Shown: positions 46,546-58,520 of the stretch, piece after piece
How positions within the stretch are numbered: position 1 is the stretch's first letter
How the letters are laid out: every line of letters begins with the position of its first letter
Assembly (NCBI GenBank): GCA_000004985.1
Contig: GG738845.1
Direction: 5' to 3' (one strand)
Source of the DNA: Naegleria gruberi
Taxonomy: Eukaryota
Length of the DNA stretch: 64,000 nucleotides
Program-made: the position numbers and the translations under genes
The notes under the pieces: generated by a model
Databases searched by the model: none
Told to the model about the DNA's origin: nothing
What the model saw: only the letters and a program-made list of their open reading frames with translations

Positions 46546-48002
46546 TCAATCAGACTTTACCTTTTTTTGTTCAGGTTGTGATTCTACCATCAATTCTGTT
46601 CTTTCTCTCTTTTTAGACATTAATAATTCTTCAAATTCTTGACGGGTAATATTTGGTATTTGTTTGTCAATGGTTGGAGCACCATAGGAATAGAATTCAT
46701 CTTTTGAAATACCCAATACTTCCAAACATTGTTGGACAGAGGGTCTAAGCTTAATATCATGTAAGACCATTTTCCCAATTAGATTACAAATTGTATGATC
46801 ATTTGTCTTTTTCAACAACTCAAAATCAATGTATTTCTTTGTTTGTAAGGCAACCCCCAACATTTTAGCAAATACAAGTCCCAGAGAATAAACATCTGAT
46901 TTTGGTGTAATGTAATTTTTGTCCCTTTCTTTTTCTGGAGGATTGTAAGCGCTTGTTCCAGATGAGGACTGGATTATTCTCTTGTCTGAATCATAGCAAA
47001 TTTCATCCACTTGGTCATACCTCGCATATCGTTTGCAAGCTTCGAAATCAATGAAATAAGGATAATCTTGATAAACAATTATATTTTCTGGTTTGATATC
47101 ATTGTGAAGTACCTCATCTTCATGGAGAAAATAGAGTTGAGCTAATAGTTGGATCATCAGAGTGGTCTTATTAACCCCCTTATTCTTATCGATATATTCT
47201 TCAAGTGGTGTTCCTTTGTAGCTGACATCAGAATAATTTATATACATCTTTGTAACAAGATCACTATAACCAATCATTTCTGAATAATGTAATCTGAGCT
47301 GCCACAATTTGAATCCAGAATCTCTATCGTTGTTATATAATTTTACAATACACTTGTCTTCTGTGTTAACGATAGTTCCTTCATACAAAAGTTTGTCACC
47401 AGTATTAGCCATTTCTCTTTCAATTTGAATAGCAAACTTGATGGAAGCACTAACAATACATTGCACAACACTGCCAATTGGGAGGCTTCTATTAGGTTGC
47501 CCTTTTTGAGGACTTGTCAAATTTGATTTTTGAGATGTCTCCTCTTCAACTAAATGTTTACAAATAAGTTTTGTTATGGCAGATGCCATATAAGCAGAAG
47601 TAATCAAAAAATTACATAACGCAATTCTATCCTCTTTCTTCTGAGTGTTATACACGCCAGAAAGATACAATAAATAGTCAATACAAATAGTACGGTTGTC
47701 TGCCTTATATAAATAGGGCTTCAATGTCAATATTATAACTTGTGCTCCACTTGATAGAATTCCATGACAACAAATACAATTATGGAAATTGCACACGTTG
47801 TTAACAATACTGCCTCTAGTAGTTTGAGAAAGTATTAATCTCATTTGTGTGATAATTTTGAGAACGTCTGGATAATCTGATAGATTGTCCTCACTAGGTT
47901 TGTTTTCTTCAACAAAGGATAGCAAGAAATATTTGGAACCTGTCACAATTTGTATTTCTTCGGGATTAGTTTCGGTTTGAGAGGCAAAATGCCGAGAGGA
48001 TT
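46546..48002 (-). CDS. Atypical protein kinase-like protein (degenerate catalytic motifs; possible pseudokinase); 5' partial - the ORF continues into the assembly gap
   Basis: The kinase core has 'HNDIKPENIIV' (HRD changed to HND), 'IDFEACK' (DFG changed to DFE), 'SAYNPPE' (APE-like) and 'DVYSLGLVF'. There is no canonical GxGxxG loop. The track start at 47946 is a GTG; the frame stays open upstream ('...SSRHFASQTETNPEEIQIV|TGSKYF') right up to the N-run. Confidence 0.55.
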
Positions 48003-48476
48003 NNNNNNNNNNNNNNNNNNNNNNNNNNNNNNNNNNNNNNNNNNNNNNNNNNNNNNNNNNNNNNNNNNNNNNNNNNNNNNNNNNNNNNNNNNNNNNNNNN
48101 NNNNNNNNNNNNNNNNNNNNNNNNNNNNNNNNNNNNNNNNNNNNNNNNNNNNNNNNNNNNNNNNNNNNNNNNNNNNNNNNNNNNNNNNNNNNNNNNNNNN
48201 NNNNNNNNNNNNNNNNNNNNNNNNNNNNNNNNNNNNNNNNNNNNNNNNNNNNNNNNNNNNNNNNNNNNNNNNNNNNNNNNNNNNNNNNNNNNNNNNNNNN
48301 NNNNNNNNNNNNNNNNNNNNNNNNNNNNNNNNNNNNNNNNNNNNNNNNNNNNNNNNNNNNNNNNNNNNNNNNNNNNNNNNNNNNNNNNNNNNNNNNNNNN
48401 NNNNNNNNNNNNNNNNNNNNNNNNNNNNNNNNNNNNNNNNNNNNNNNNNNNNNNNNNNNNNNNNNNNNNNNNNNNN
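48003..48476. other. Assembly gap (474 N)
   Basis: A run of n characters. Track ORF 47950..48867 with a poly-X translation is an artefact spanning it. Confidence 0.99.
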
Positions 48477-49440
48477 AAAGACGAAAAGGAATTTAGAAAT
48501 CTTCTCCTTTCAACATCCGAAATATATACAATTGATCAAATTTGGCCTCTTGACTGTCTATGATGCTGACGAAGAGGAAGAAAATAACAATTCGAGGACG
48601 ATCTTGTTGGAATTGGAAAGAATTGGAGGAAGATACGGAAGTTGGTTTGTAGGAAATAATGTAATTTCAGATGGTAGGCCATATGTCTTTTCTCCTATGG
48701 ATGTTACCTTCTTGTTAATTGGAATTTTGGAGGAAAAGGTAGACAAGTCGGATGAATCACACTTTGATAATATGAATGATATAATTCCTTCAATAATTTT
48801 GCGAGTATCTGCTGTTAGAGACATGATTACCAATGTTTGTGATATTATGGAAGGTTTGTTTCTTTGAATCAATTTATTAAATTTTCCAAGTTGGTGACGA
48901 TTTATTTGTAAGATTGAGTGAGGAGAAAGTACTTGCTTGGATGATTGCCAAATCTAATGCTATTGTGGAACAAATAACTGAGAATGATAAATTGAGAAAT
49001 GTAATTGTTTCTCCTCAAGGATTCAAGAGAACTCTTAAAAGCAAGGATGCATCTGATGATAAAAAGATTAGAATGGAATCAATTCGATTCCTCTCTGAAT
49101 ATCTAGATAGAAAATGGGTTGAGAAATTGGCCACTCACTTTGAGTAAGTTTTCATGTGGATTGGAATTATATTTAACATTGTAGAGTTATTGAAGAAGTA
49201 TATCCAAGTAAAGGTGCTCTCTCTTCTACAACCTTTGCTAAATCACCAAAAGCACCTACAAATACAGCAGCTCTTGATTTCCTAGATGACTTGGAGGCTG
49301 TTGAAAAGAAGAGAAAGAGAAAAGAAGATGAGGAAAAGAGTAAGAAATCCAAAACACTGGATTCCAGAAGTGTAGCCAGTTTGAAGAAGGTCAATACCAA
49401 AGGTATGAAATCTTTGGATTCTTTTTTCAAAAAGAAATAA
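48477..49440 (+). CDS. RNASEH2B: Ribonuclease H2 non-catalytic subunit B (Rnh202/RNASEH2B), 5' partial at the gap; at least 3 exons, C-terminal PIP box
   Basis: 'GRYGSWFVGNNVISDGRPYVFSPMDVTFLLIGIL' matches the RNASEH2B '[32 protein letters not shown]' block. 'KVLAWMIAKSNAIVEQI' matches 'KTLKWLEKKVNQTV'. The last exon (acceptor attgtag at ~49191) ends '...KGMKSLDSFFKKK*', a PIP-box (Q/M-xx-L-xx-FF). Introns are at G|gtttgt...ccaag (48867-48903) and GA|gtaagt...attgtag (49145-49191). Confidence 0.75.
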
Positions 49441-49742
49441 ATTATTGATTCTCCTTCTTTTAACAATTTATTGAAGACCTTATTATTGAAAATCAATTCA
49501 TAGTCACCATGGAAGAATCAGAAGTAAACGTAATGTAATGAGAAGAAAGTGGTTGCTGAAATTCACTTGATTGAACTATAAATTATTGAAGATAATATTT
49601 AACATAGTTTACCTATTTACTCGTTGTGTTGATCTATTCAATTAACTGCTAATCTGAAAGTTCAATAATTCAATTCTCTCTTCTCAAGGTTTCATTTTCC
49701 ATTGATAAACAAACATTTTTGATTCATAATCATCCCAACCAA

Positions 49743-50183
49743 TTATTTGATACTATTAATCTTGTCCTGAATATTACCCAAATCATGAACAGCATTCAGC
49801 ATGACAACTCTATTAGATTTAAACATTGAAGCCTTTGTGGCATTCCATTCAGGTCCATACTGATGAGCATGAGATTTAATGTATCGTTGCATTTCATCCC
49901 TTTCCGCAAAATTATGATTCAATAAAAGTCTTTCATATTGTTGTTTCATTGAGAGAATTTGTTCTTCCTTGTACATTTCAATTCTTGTCATGTGACTGAA
50001 AAAAGAGTAGGAAAGATAAAAGTATGAAACGGAAATAAATCCATACCACAGAATAGTATGGATTTGTATTGGACTTTTACGAAATTTCAACCATCCGATT
50101 TCACTGTGATTATCTACAAAGAGTCTTTTGAAAGTTTCATCATTTCCCGATAATGTTTTTAGCAGGGTATCTCTTATTTTCAT
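49743..50183 (-). CDS. Hypothetical small protein with one or two TM helices
   Basis: A 146-aa ATG-initiated ORF with a hydrophobic segment 'ILWYGFISVSYFYLSYSFF'. No family was recognised. Confidence 0.3.
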   Translation of the reverse strand: MKIRDTLLKTLSGNDETFKRLFVDNHSEIGWLKFRKSPIQIHTILWYGFISVSYFYLSYSFFSHMTRIEMYKEEQILSMKQQYERLLLNHNFAERDEMQRYIKSHAHQYGPEWNATKASMFKSNRVVMLNAVHDLGNIQDKINSIK

Positions 50184-50373
50184 TTTTTTTTAATTTAATA
50201 ATATTTGAATTGTTGATGGTTAAACATGTTTATCATTCATCAATTCGCAACAATCAGAATGTACTAGTGCACTCTCATCAATGAATTCTCCAAAGTTTTC
50301 TATTCTTCCCTCACTCCTAACAAAAACTTGTTTTTTAAATTTTTATTTATTTTTTTTCAATGTTGTTTAAAAA

Positions 50374-51874
50374 ATGAAGCAAAGCAAACTCATCAAATGT
50401 TGCCAAGGTATTGTCGTGCCAGGCAAAACATCAACCCTCTCACTCTTAACGAATAATACAAATCCTATCACAGAGTCCGTGATAACTAATAATTTACAAA
50501 AGAGATACATCAAACAAAGAAAGTTTAAAAATGTTATGGAAAATCCATTTGATATGGTCGAAGAATTTAAACAAAAACAAAAGAATGTTCAATCTTTGAT
50601 GGATGCTCCAGATTATACTGGTGTTACAGTACACGACAGTCTTGCACAACACAATCTCAAAAAGTATGAGGATGCTAAAGCTAAAGGAATTATTCCTGGT
50701 ACGTTCCGTTTTTAAATTAATTTTTATTTATCTTTTGATGAATAATTTCCTTACTTTGTTGAACACAATGTTTTTCATCAATTTTAACAACTCGCTACAC
50801 ACTTGGGTTTTTTCATCATCATTCTTCTAATATTTAATAATAATAATAGGTGAGGAATTGTTACAAGAAGAACCACAACATGCCGCTTGGGTTAACTTTA
50901 TGAAGGCTGCTAAACCAAAAGAAGGAGATTTTGTTATTGGTAAAAGTGTTCGTACAGGTGTCATTGCTCAAAAATTAGGTATGATCCCATTCTGGGATAG
51001 CTATCATGCTAGAGTTCCACTTACAGTCTTGCACATTCCAAAATGTCAAGTTGTTCAAGTTAAAACAAAGGAAAAGGATGGCTATACTGCTCTTCAATTG
51101 GGTGCTGGATCAATGAGTGCCAAGAAACTTACAAAGCCACTTTTGGGTCATTGTCAAAAGGCAGGTGTTGAACCAAAACATGTTTACACTGAAGCTAAGG
51201 TTACTGAAGATGCTATTTTACCAGTCGGATTTGAAATCACTGCTCGTCACTTTATTCCAGGTCAATTCATTGATATTTCTGGTCGTAGTAAGGGTAAGAG
51301 ATTTGCTGGTCCAATGAAGAGGTGGGGATTTGCTGGTCAACCGGCAACTCACGGTGTTTCAGTCGTCCACAGATCTTTGGGTTCTACAGGTACAATGATT
51401 AATAAGGTTTTCAAGGGCAAGAAAATGGCTGGTAGAATGGGTCACGAACAAATCACACAATTGAACTATTATGTTTATATGGTTGACGTTGAAAATAACT
51501 GTATCTATGTTAAGGGTTCCGTCCCAGGACCAAACGGTGCTTATTTATATTTGAATGATGCTAGTAGAAAGGATTTACCTTGCATTCCTCCATTCCCATC
51601 ATTTGTCGTTCCAGAAGGTGAAGATATTTCAACAATGGCTAGAGAACAATTATATTTGGAGGCTCCAGGTATCAAGCCTTACATTTGGGAAGCTATGGGT
51701 ATTACTAAGGAAGAAGTTGCCAGAGCTGAACGAGAAGAATTACCAAAGGTTCTTACTTCATCTGATGTTGCTTCCATTCAAACTGCTGTTGCTTATGAAA
51801 AGGAAATGACAGAAAAGAGAGCTAAGAGAAAGGCCAAGAGAGATTTGTACGAAGATGAAGATGATGACGAATAA
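50374..51874 (+). CDS. MRPL3: Mitochondrial ribosomal protein uL3m (MRPL9/MRPL3-type); 2 exons 50374..50698 and ~50859..51874
   Basis: Exon 1 ends '...GIIPG|gtacgt'; the acceptor is aataataatag. Exon 2 has uL3 blocks 'GYTALQLGAG', 'KPLLGHCQKAGV', 'FIDISGRSKGKRFAGPMKRWGFAGQPATHGVSVVHRSLGSTG', 'KGKKMAGRMG...TQLNYYVYMVD' and 'VKGSVPGPNGAYLYL'. There is an N-terminal presequence-like extension and an acidic tail. Confidence 0.85.
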
Positions 51875-51980
51875 TTCATTAAAAACGATAAAAAAATATT
51901 AAATTTTGGAATATTAAATGTTTAATTAACAAAAATTGTTACAATTTAATTTTGTAAAGTTCATTAAAATATTAAAAAAA

Positions 51981-52784
51981 ATGACCACAACAAGAAGATT
52001 CACAGCTGATGACATGCTCAAATTCAACAATGTCAACCTTGATTACTACACTGAAACCTACAACATTCCCTTCTACTTTGAATATTTGGCAACATGGCCA
52101 GAATACTTTTACACTGTTGAAACACCACACGACGGAACTGTAATGGGATATGGTATGTTGTTAACAGTGTAATATGTGATCAATTTACATCTCTTATATT
52201 CTCTCTACTAATGGAAAACCATCTAAAATTTAATCATCATCACGATTAAATAATTTTCTTGAACAACAATTATTAATCAATGATTAATTATTATTAATCA
52301 TTATTAATTATTTACTATAATTATTGACTAATAACAATTATTCATATGAACACAACAATGATGATATTAATTATTTGGATGATCATTATGGAAATTAATT
52401 TTCGGAATTAAAGTTATGGGAAAAGTGGAAGGTGATAAACCAAGAAAGAAATGGCACGGTCACGTAACAGCCTTAACTGTAGCACCAGAATTTCGTCGTT
52501 TGGGATTGGCAAGGAAAATGATGGATTTATTGGAGGAAATTACAGAAAAGATTCACAAAGCCTACTTTGTCGATTTATTTGTTCGTGTTTCCAATAAGAT
52601 AGCTGTGGGAATGTATGAAAAACTTGGATACACAACCTATAGACGAGTGTTACAGTACTATTCAGGAAAACATGCAGAGGATGGATTTGATATGAGAAAG
52701 AGTACTGCACTAGATCCAGAGAAGAAGGCCATGATTCCACTAGGAAGGGACATTCATCCTGAAGAGTTGGATGCTACTCTATAA
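51981..52784 (+). CDS. NAA20: N-alpha-acetyltransferase 20 (NatB catalytic subunit, Nat3/NAT5); 2 exons 51981..52152 and 52414..52784
   Basis: The protein is near-colinear with human NAA20: 'MTTTRRFTADDMLKFNNVNLDYYTETYNIPFYFEYLATWPEYF...MGY|VMGKVEGD..KWHGHVTALTVAPEFRRLGLARKMMDLLEEI...FVDLFVRVSNKIAVGMYEKLGYTTYRRVLQYY...DMRK'. The intron is G|gtatgt ... aattaaag (52153-52413). Confidence 0.95.
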
Positions 52785-53238
52785 ATATATTTGTTCTGAT
52801 ATTACATCTAGAGTAATTTGGATTTTTTATGAAATCATTTCTAATGTGTGTATGTGTAGGTTGGATTGTTTCATCTCTTTACCATTTATGTAGGTTTGGA
52901 GATACTCATTTGAAAAACAAAGATATCTTGTTTATGAATTTCTTCCTAATCTAGATGATATCTTTATCGAGTTCAAAATGAGTTCGATTATTCTTCAAGT
53001 TATGAAATAACAAATTAATGACCTATATCTACAGTAATTATGATTCAGTTGATACAACAAAAGTTCTTCAATGTACTTTGCAACCAAGACCGAATCAAAG
53101 CACTAAACAGAACATTTCGAACAGAGTTACCTTGTTCAATAGACAGTTGACATTTGACAGCTAATCAACAAGGCATAGCCTACGGTCAAATAATTCAAGG
53201 CCATCACATAAAAAAAATTCTCAAAAACAACAATAACA

Positions 53239-54093
53239 ATGGCTGAATACAAGTTTGTCGTCTTAGGTTCAGGAGGTGTCGGTAAATCTGCCCTTACCAT
53301 CCAATTCATTCAAGGAAACTTTGTTGAAAAGTACGATCCTACCATTGAAGATTCATACAGAAAGCAAATTGAAGTCGATGGAAAGGCTTGTATGTTGGAT
53401 ATTTTGGATACTGCCGGACAAGAAGGTTTGTTTTTCAAAATAGTTTAGTTTCTAATAGTATTATTATTATTTAATTTATTTTGTTATCCATTATCATATT
53501 TTTTGGATAATGATGATGATGATGAAACTAACATTATTTGTTAATTTCAACATTCAAAATCGGTTATTTTTACACTTTGATTTTTATTACACCAACAACA
53601 ACAATAACAATAATTCGAATAATGATATGATGATAATAATATAATAACAATAGAATATTCTGCTATGAGAGATCAATATATGAGAACTGGACAAGCCTTC
53701 ATTCTTGTCTACTCCATCACCGATCCTTCATCATTCGAAGACTTGTTGACCATTCATGAACAATTGTTGCGTTCAAAGGATGCCGATGAAGTTCCAATTG
53801 TTTTGGTTGGTAACAAGTGCGATTTGGAGGAGGAACGTGCCGTTTCAAAGGACGAAGGAAAGTCAATGGCTGAAAAGTTTGGTGACCACTGTAAATTCTT
53901 AGAAGCCTCTGCTAAGGAATCTATCAATGTTGAAGAAATTTTCATGAGTTTGGTCAGATTGGTCGACAAGTTTGAAAATGGTGGCGGTGATGATGAAGGT
54001 GAAGAAGAAGCTGAAACAAAGAAGGACACTAAGAAGGATACCAAGAAGAAGAAGAAGAAGATTACTCTCCCAAAGAATTGTATGCTCTTGTAA
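53239..54093 (+). CDS. RAS: Ras-family small GTPase paralog (CaaX 'CMLL'); 2 exons 53239..53425 and 53654..54093
   Basis: '[62 protein letters not shown]' | '[58 protein letters not shown]...[12 protein letters not shown]...[16 protein letters not shown]'. The intron is G|gtttgt...aacaatag (228 nt). Confidence 0.9.
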
Positions 54094-54222
54094 ATTACTC
54101 TTCTTTTGAATCCTTTTGTAATTGTAGTACTATTTAAATAAATCATCATAATCCATTCATTCAAAACATTTCGAATTTATTGAAAAGAATTTCCAAGAAG
54201 TTTAAGTGAAAAGGCAATATGG

Positions 54223-55072
54223 TTAGTACTTGTATTGATAGGTAATTTGGCATTCAATGGCTTTAATTTCTTGCATGTATTCCTTTCTCATCTCAATATC
54301 ACGCATTAACCAATCAATGATAAATCTCAATAGTTTTTTACCATCACACCTCAATCCATACTTGATTTTTGTTGCGGCTTTAAGGAAGGTGATTAATGTA
54401 GTTGGAGAAAAGTTCAGTAATTCTTCTTGATTCGTCGAGAGAATTGCCTCAAAGTTCTTACTCATTTCCAATACACATGTTTGCAACATTCTATCAATGA
54501 ATGAATCTTGAACATTTAATGAGAGAATCAATTTGAAAACAGTAAAACAATTTGATGGCTTGATGTTGGTTTCAATATCGATCTGAATTGATTCAATCAA
54601 TCCACCCTTAACCATATACTGTAGAATGATGATTATAATTTGATAGAAAATTGAAATAATTATTCAATACTCGTCTTCTTACCTTTTGAGAAATTAAAAG
54701 CAAATTAATTGCTTGTTCTGTAGTAAATGAAATCTCACCCGAGTAGAAGAATTCAATTAATTGGAGTAGTGCTTCTTCTTCAATCAAATCATTAACAATC
54801 CATTCATCATTCTGTACAAAAGATGTAGACTCCTCAATTATTGTATTTTCAGCAAGATTACTGGTAACCTCAACAAATTCCTCATCTCTTTCCACCTCCT
54901 CTTCAATAGGATTGAATAACCGATCAAAGAATTCCGAATGAACAGAGAGTATACCCTTCCATACGAAAATCTTCCTTTTCAAATTTACGAACACAATAGT
55001 AAAATCCGAATAATTTGGATTATTATACAAGTGCTTAAATCTTGATCTGTGATCCTCCTTAAATACAACCAT
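54223..55072 (-). CDS. BTB/POZ domain protein; 2 exons 54672..55072 and 54223..54615
   Basis: The N-terminal BTB reads 'YSDFTIVFVNLKRKIFVWKGILSVHSEFFDRLF...ALLQLIEFFYSGEISFTTEQAINLLLISQK'. A 56-nt intron (gtaagaag...ctacag, reverse complement of ~54616-54671) joins to 'YMVKGGLIESIQIDIETNIKPSNCFTVFKLILSLNV...', a BACK-like helical region. Confidence 0.6.
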
Positions 55073-55382
55073 GATGATTCCTATTAACTATATATCGACT
55101 ACAATTGTTTGATATTTTCTTTAATAATGTGCTGTTATAACACGAGACAAAACAACTCCAATCGCTCTCTCCTAATATTATTTAATAAGAATTGAAAGGT
55201 TGAGAGATAAAGATGATGATTGTGTCTTTCAATATTTACAGCGAATTATTAAGGGATGCCGACAAGGGGTTTTTTATTTTTATAATGATGATTTATGATA
55301 ATTATCGCGCTGATTATCTGAGCATAATTTGGTGTTTCTTAATTGTGTTGAGCAATATATTCAATATTTATTAATACTATTA

Positions 55383-56819
55383 TTAATTAACGTATGGACA
55401 ATTGCAAGTGAGAGTATTCGATTCAGAGACGAAAGGTTGACATCCAGAACAAACCCAAACAGAAGAAGTTGAATAGTATTCTGATCCAGATGTTGGCAAA
55501 GAAACTTGGATACATTGTCCCTTACCACTTGCAGATCTCAAAAAAGTAGTACTGAGATCTGGGAAGGCACAATTAGTTACAGAAATGGAATTGCAAGTTC
55601 CCTTAATGAAATCAAAATAGAAGGAACCATCTTCTTGTCTGTGAATGTAAGGCTTGAATGCATAGTTCTTCATTTGTGGTTGATTGAACATTTTGATAAA
55701 TTCTGTGGCAAATCCACTACTTGCACCAGACAATTCAATCTTTTCACCCAATTGACCAATTTTACCATTTCTAGCGTAATGATAAACATAGAATGGAAGT
55801 GTTTGAGCTTGCTCTGATTGAATGTGAGAATATAACGAAGAACGAATGTTCAAAATCTCTTTAACCTTTGCGTCCAAGTATTCTTGGTAAACTTTCTTCA
55901 TATTTTCTTGCTTTGGACCATTTGGGAAAGCTCTCCAAATTGGAACTGATAAGAATTTAACAGGAACTGGGTTGAGACTGAATGTGTTAACTCTCTGCTT
56001 GATATCACTCAATTCTGGATTACCTCCAACAATGTCCAATTGTGAAACTTTGTGATATCTAATGTAGCCACTTGGAAGAGTGTTTGGAGCATCACCGGCT
56101 GCCATTTGCAATTCCAAATCCAAATAATTCTTCATATTAGCATCATTGAAACAAGATCTAACTGAAACAGTCAAATCAACAACTCCACCATACTCAACTT
56201 GATAAAGAATTGAATCTCCAAATGATGAAATAACTAAATTATATAAATCTCTATCCAATGTTGATGGTAAAATATCTAAAATTCTTTGAAAATCTTCAGT
56301 GACTTCAACTTTATCAACTGAAACAGCATGTGTAACATATTGTTGTTGAGCATCCATGACCATCATGTTTCCCTTAAAGTAGTTTGTGAAAATTTCGGCA
56401 GCTCCAGAATTATGACTATACAATCCATTATAAATAGGAACACCATCACCTGGATACACATAATCAAAGAATCTCTCGGCACTATCCATCACATTCAGGA
56501 ATTTAGTGACTGTTTGTGTGACCTTCTTTGCTTGAGGTGATTTAACAATTTGAGGTTTAATAGTGTGATCTATTCTGCTGTATCCAACTCCAGCCACAAT
56601 TGGCAGATCCTCCATTACATTTCTAGAGAGTGGATTGACCCTCACTCCATTACATTTCAATCCCTTCATTCCAATCATACATTTGGCTTCCATCTTTGAG
56701 ATTTGTGTTTTTAATTGAACCTTTGGATCCACAAGAGCCCTCAATCGAGGAGTCTGATTGGAGTAAACAATTAAATTCAACACAACAATGATGAATGAAA
56801 ACATAATTCCACTCTTCAT
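55383..56819 (-). CDS. Secreted MACPF-like (membrane attack complex/perforin-like) protein with Cys-rich C-terminus
   Basis: A signal peptide 'MKSGIMFSFIIVVLNLIVYS' follows the ATG at 56817-56819 (reverse complement). The central region 'ILDILPSTLDRDLYNLVISSFGDSILYQVEYGGVVDLTVSV' fits the MACPF signature context (LP...Y...[YF]G[TSD][HS][FYIL]x6GG; compare perforin 'YGTHFLTSATLGG'). The C-terminus 'CNSISVTNCAF...CSGCQPFVSESNTLTCNCPYVN' is Cys-rich. Confidence 0.4.
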   Translation of the reverse strand: MKSGIMFSFIIVVLNLIVYSNQTPRLRALVDPKVQLKTQISKMEAKCMIGMKGLKCNGVRVNPLSRNVMEDLPIVAGVGYSRIDHTIKPQIVKSPQAKKVTQTVTKFLNVMDSAERFFDYVYPGDGVPIYNGLYSHNSGAAEIFTNYFKGNMMVMDAQQQYVTHAVSVDKVEVTEDFQRILDILPSTLDRDLYNLVISSFGDSILYQVEYGGVVDLTVSVRSCFNDANMKNYLDLELQMAAGDAPNTLPSGYIRYHKVSQLDIVGGNPELSDIKQRVNTFSLNPVPVKFLSVPIWRAFPNGPKQENMKKVYQEYLDAKVKEILNIRSSLYSHIQSEQAQTLPFYVYHYARNGKIGQLGEKIELSGASSGFATEFIKMFNQPQMKNYAFKPYIHRQEDGSFYFDFIKGTCNSISVTNCAFPDLSTTFLRSASGKGQCIQVSLPTSGSEYYSTSSVWVCSGCQPFVSESNTLTCNCPYVN

Positions 56820-57364
56820 AACCTTGTTGTTGCATGTTGTATACATGTTTATATTTTTATGATAATTATTAGATTCATCATGCTTTTGAAAAATCAGCAA
56901 TAATTAAAAACTAATTAATGCTGCTGCTGGCTTGATGTTGTTGATGTTGAGGTATTTTCTATTTGTGATGATGAGACCACTACTGCAATGTTGTTATTGT
57001 TCGTCGAGTATTTGGCGAGAGAGGTTTTGGTTGTGTGGTATTTTCAAATTTCCAAAAACAAACTAACTGTAATCAAGTGCTAAATTTGTGCTTGCCTTAC
57101 ACAATTAAGACAGTGAGGGAGATTGCGAAGATTCAAATTACAACTAGTTTAAAGTTTACAAAATATGAAATAGTTGACGAAATTGAAAATGTCTTAACCA
57201 TTTTCTTTACTCTTATTGGTAACTTAAAATATGGAGGTTAGGAAAATTCTCTTGATGAATCACTAGCTTGCGTTTAAATTATGTTAATTAATAATACTTT
57301 ATTTCAACAGAAACCTAACCAAACCATTGACGAAAGGTCAATCCAATGTGTTTCCACACGTCAA

Positions 57365-57945
57365 TTAAATTTCTGTGTATTCTACAGTCTCAGCATTTTC
57401 CTCTTGATTGTTCAATTCATTCTCATCGACTATTTCCTTTTGCAACTCTAAATCTCTCTTATGCCATTCTCTCCACTTTATAGTATCAATTACTTGTATC
57501 TTTCCACTCTTTGGTTTTGCAATTTTGAAACATTGACACAGGGCCAAAGCTGCAAACCAATTGAAAATTTCAAATAATTTCAACCAGAGAGGATCTTCCA
57601 CTCTCACTCCACTGTTTGGATCGTAATCCTCATAACATTTAATAGATGTTAGAGCACCAACAACAAGAAGTAAACATCCAACAATGGCAGAGTTTACAAT
57701 AACAACTACTTGAAGAAGTGATAATTGATAACTCAATGCTGCCACTTCATCCTTGGTAGCATAACTCTACATTCAAATAACAAAATTAAAATACATGTAA
57801 CATGTTCAACAACTTACAGTTGAATTTGTGATGGTAGAATTGGAAATTGTCGAGTTTGTTTGTCCATTCACTTGAATCACAGCAACACTCAACAATATCA
57901 ACAAACAAATGAAACCCTTTAAGGATTGCGACATTTTTTTCATAA
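57365..57945 (-). CDS. Small type-I membrane glycoprotein (signal peptide, N-glycosylation sites, 1 TM), hypothetical; 2 exons
   Basis: Exon 1 (reverse complement of ~57826-57945) reads 'MSQSLKGFICLLILLSVAVIQVNGQTNSTISNSTITNSTV|gtaagt'. A 50-nt intron follows, with acceptor ...gaatgtag. Exon 2 reads 'SYATKDEVAALSYQLSLLQVVVIVNSAIVGCLLLVVGAL...'. Confidence 0.4.
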
Positions 57946-58520
57946 TATTTCTGAAACACTGCTTTCCATTGAGTGATGCAGGTGTGATACTCCTTATAAT
58001 TGTGTTGCGTAGTGGCTAGATTGTGGTCAGTTTGTTAATTGGTTCACTCAAATATTATGAGTAGAAACGAATCAAAACAATGAAAAGAACTTTCGTACAA
58101 TTCTTAATAATCAAAAATCCCAATTAAATTTAATGATGCTGAGCTGCCCCTGCGAAAAATTCGCTTCATACAAACCCATGAACATTTAAGGTTGAAAGCT
58201 CGGTCAAGATTCTTTACCACCAAAACAGAATCTCAACCAAATCGATTTGCATTTTTATTTTTAATTTTATTTTTAAATATTCATTCTTCCTTCCGACCTA
58301 CTAGTTGGAACATGGCTAAAACCAATTAGACCATGTTGCCTAATAACTCTAAATTATCGTATTCATCATCGCCTTCAATGAACATCGTCATCAGACGCTG
58401 CGTCTTTTTGTTAGTTGTGTGTTCTTGTTGCTTCCACAAGGAAATGTGATAACAACGATAAGATTCATTGAAAAAGCCCAAAAAGCAACAGACATAACAG
58501 AAACACACAATTAAAAAAAA

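Noticed and set aside
47950-48867. 305-aa track ORF with a poly-X translation
   Set aside because: It spans the 474-N assembly gap. Only its last ~130 aa are real, and they belong to the RNase H2B gene.
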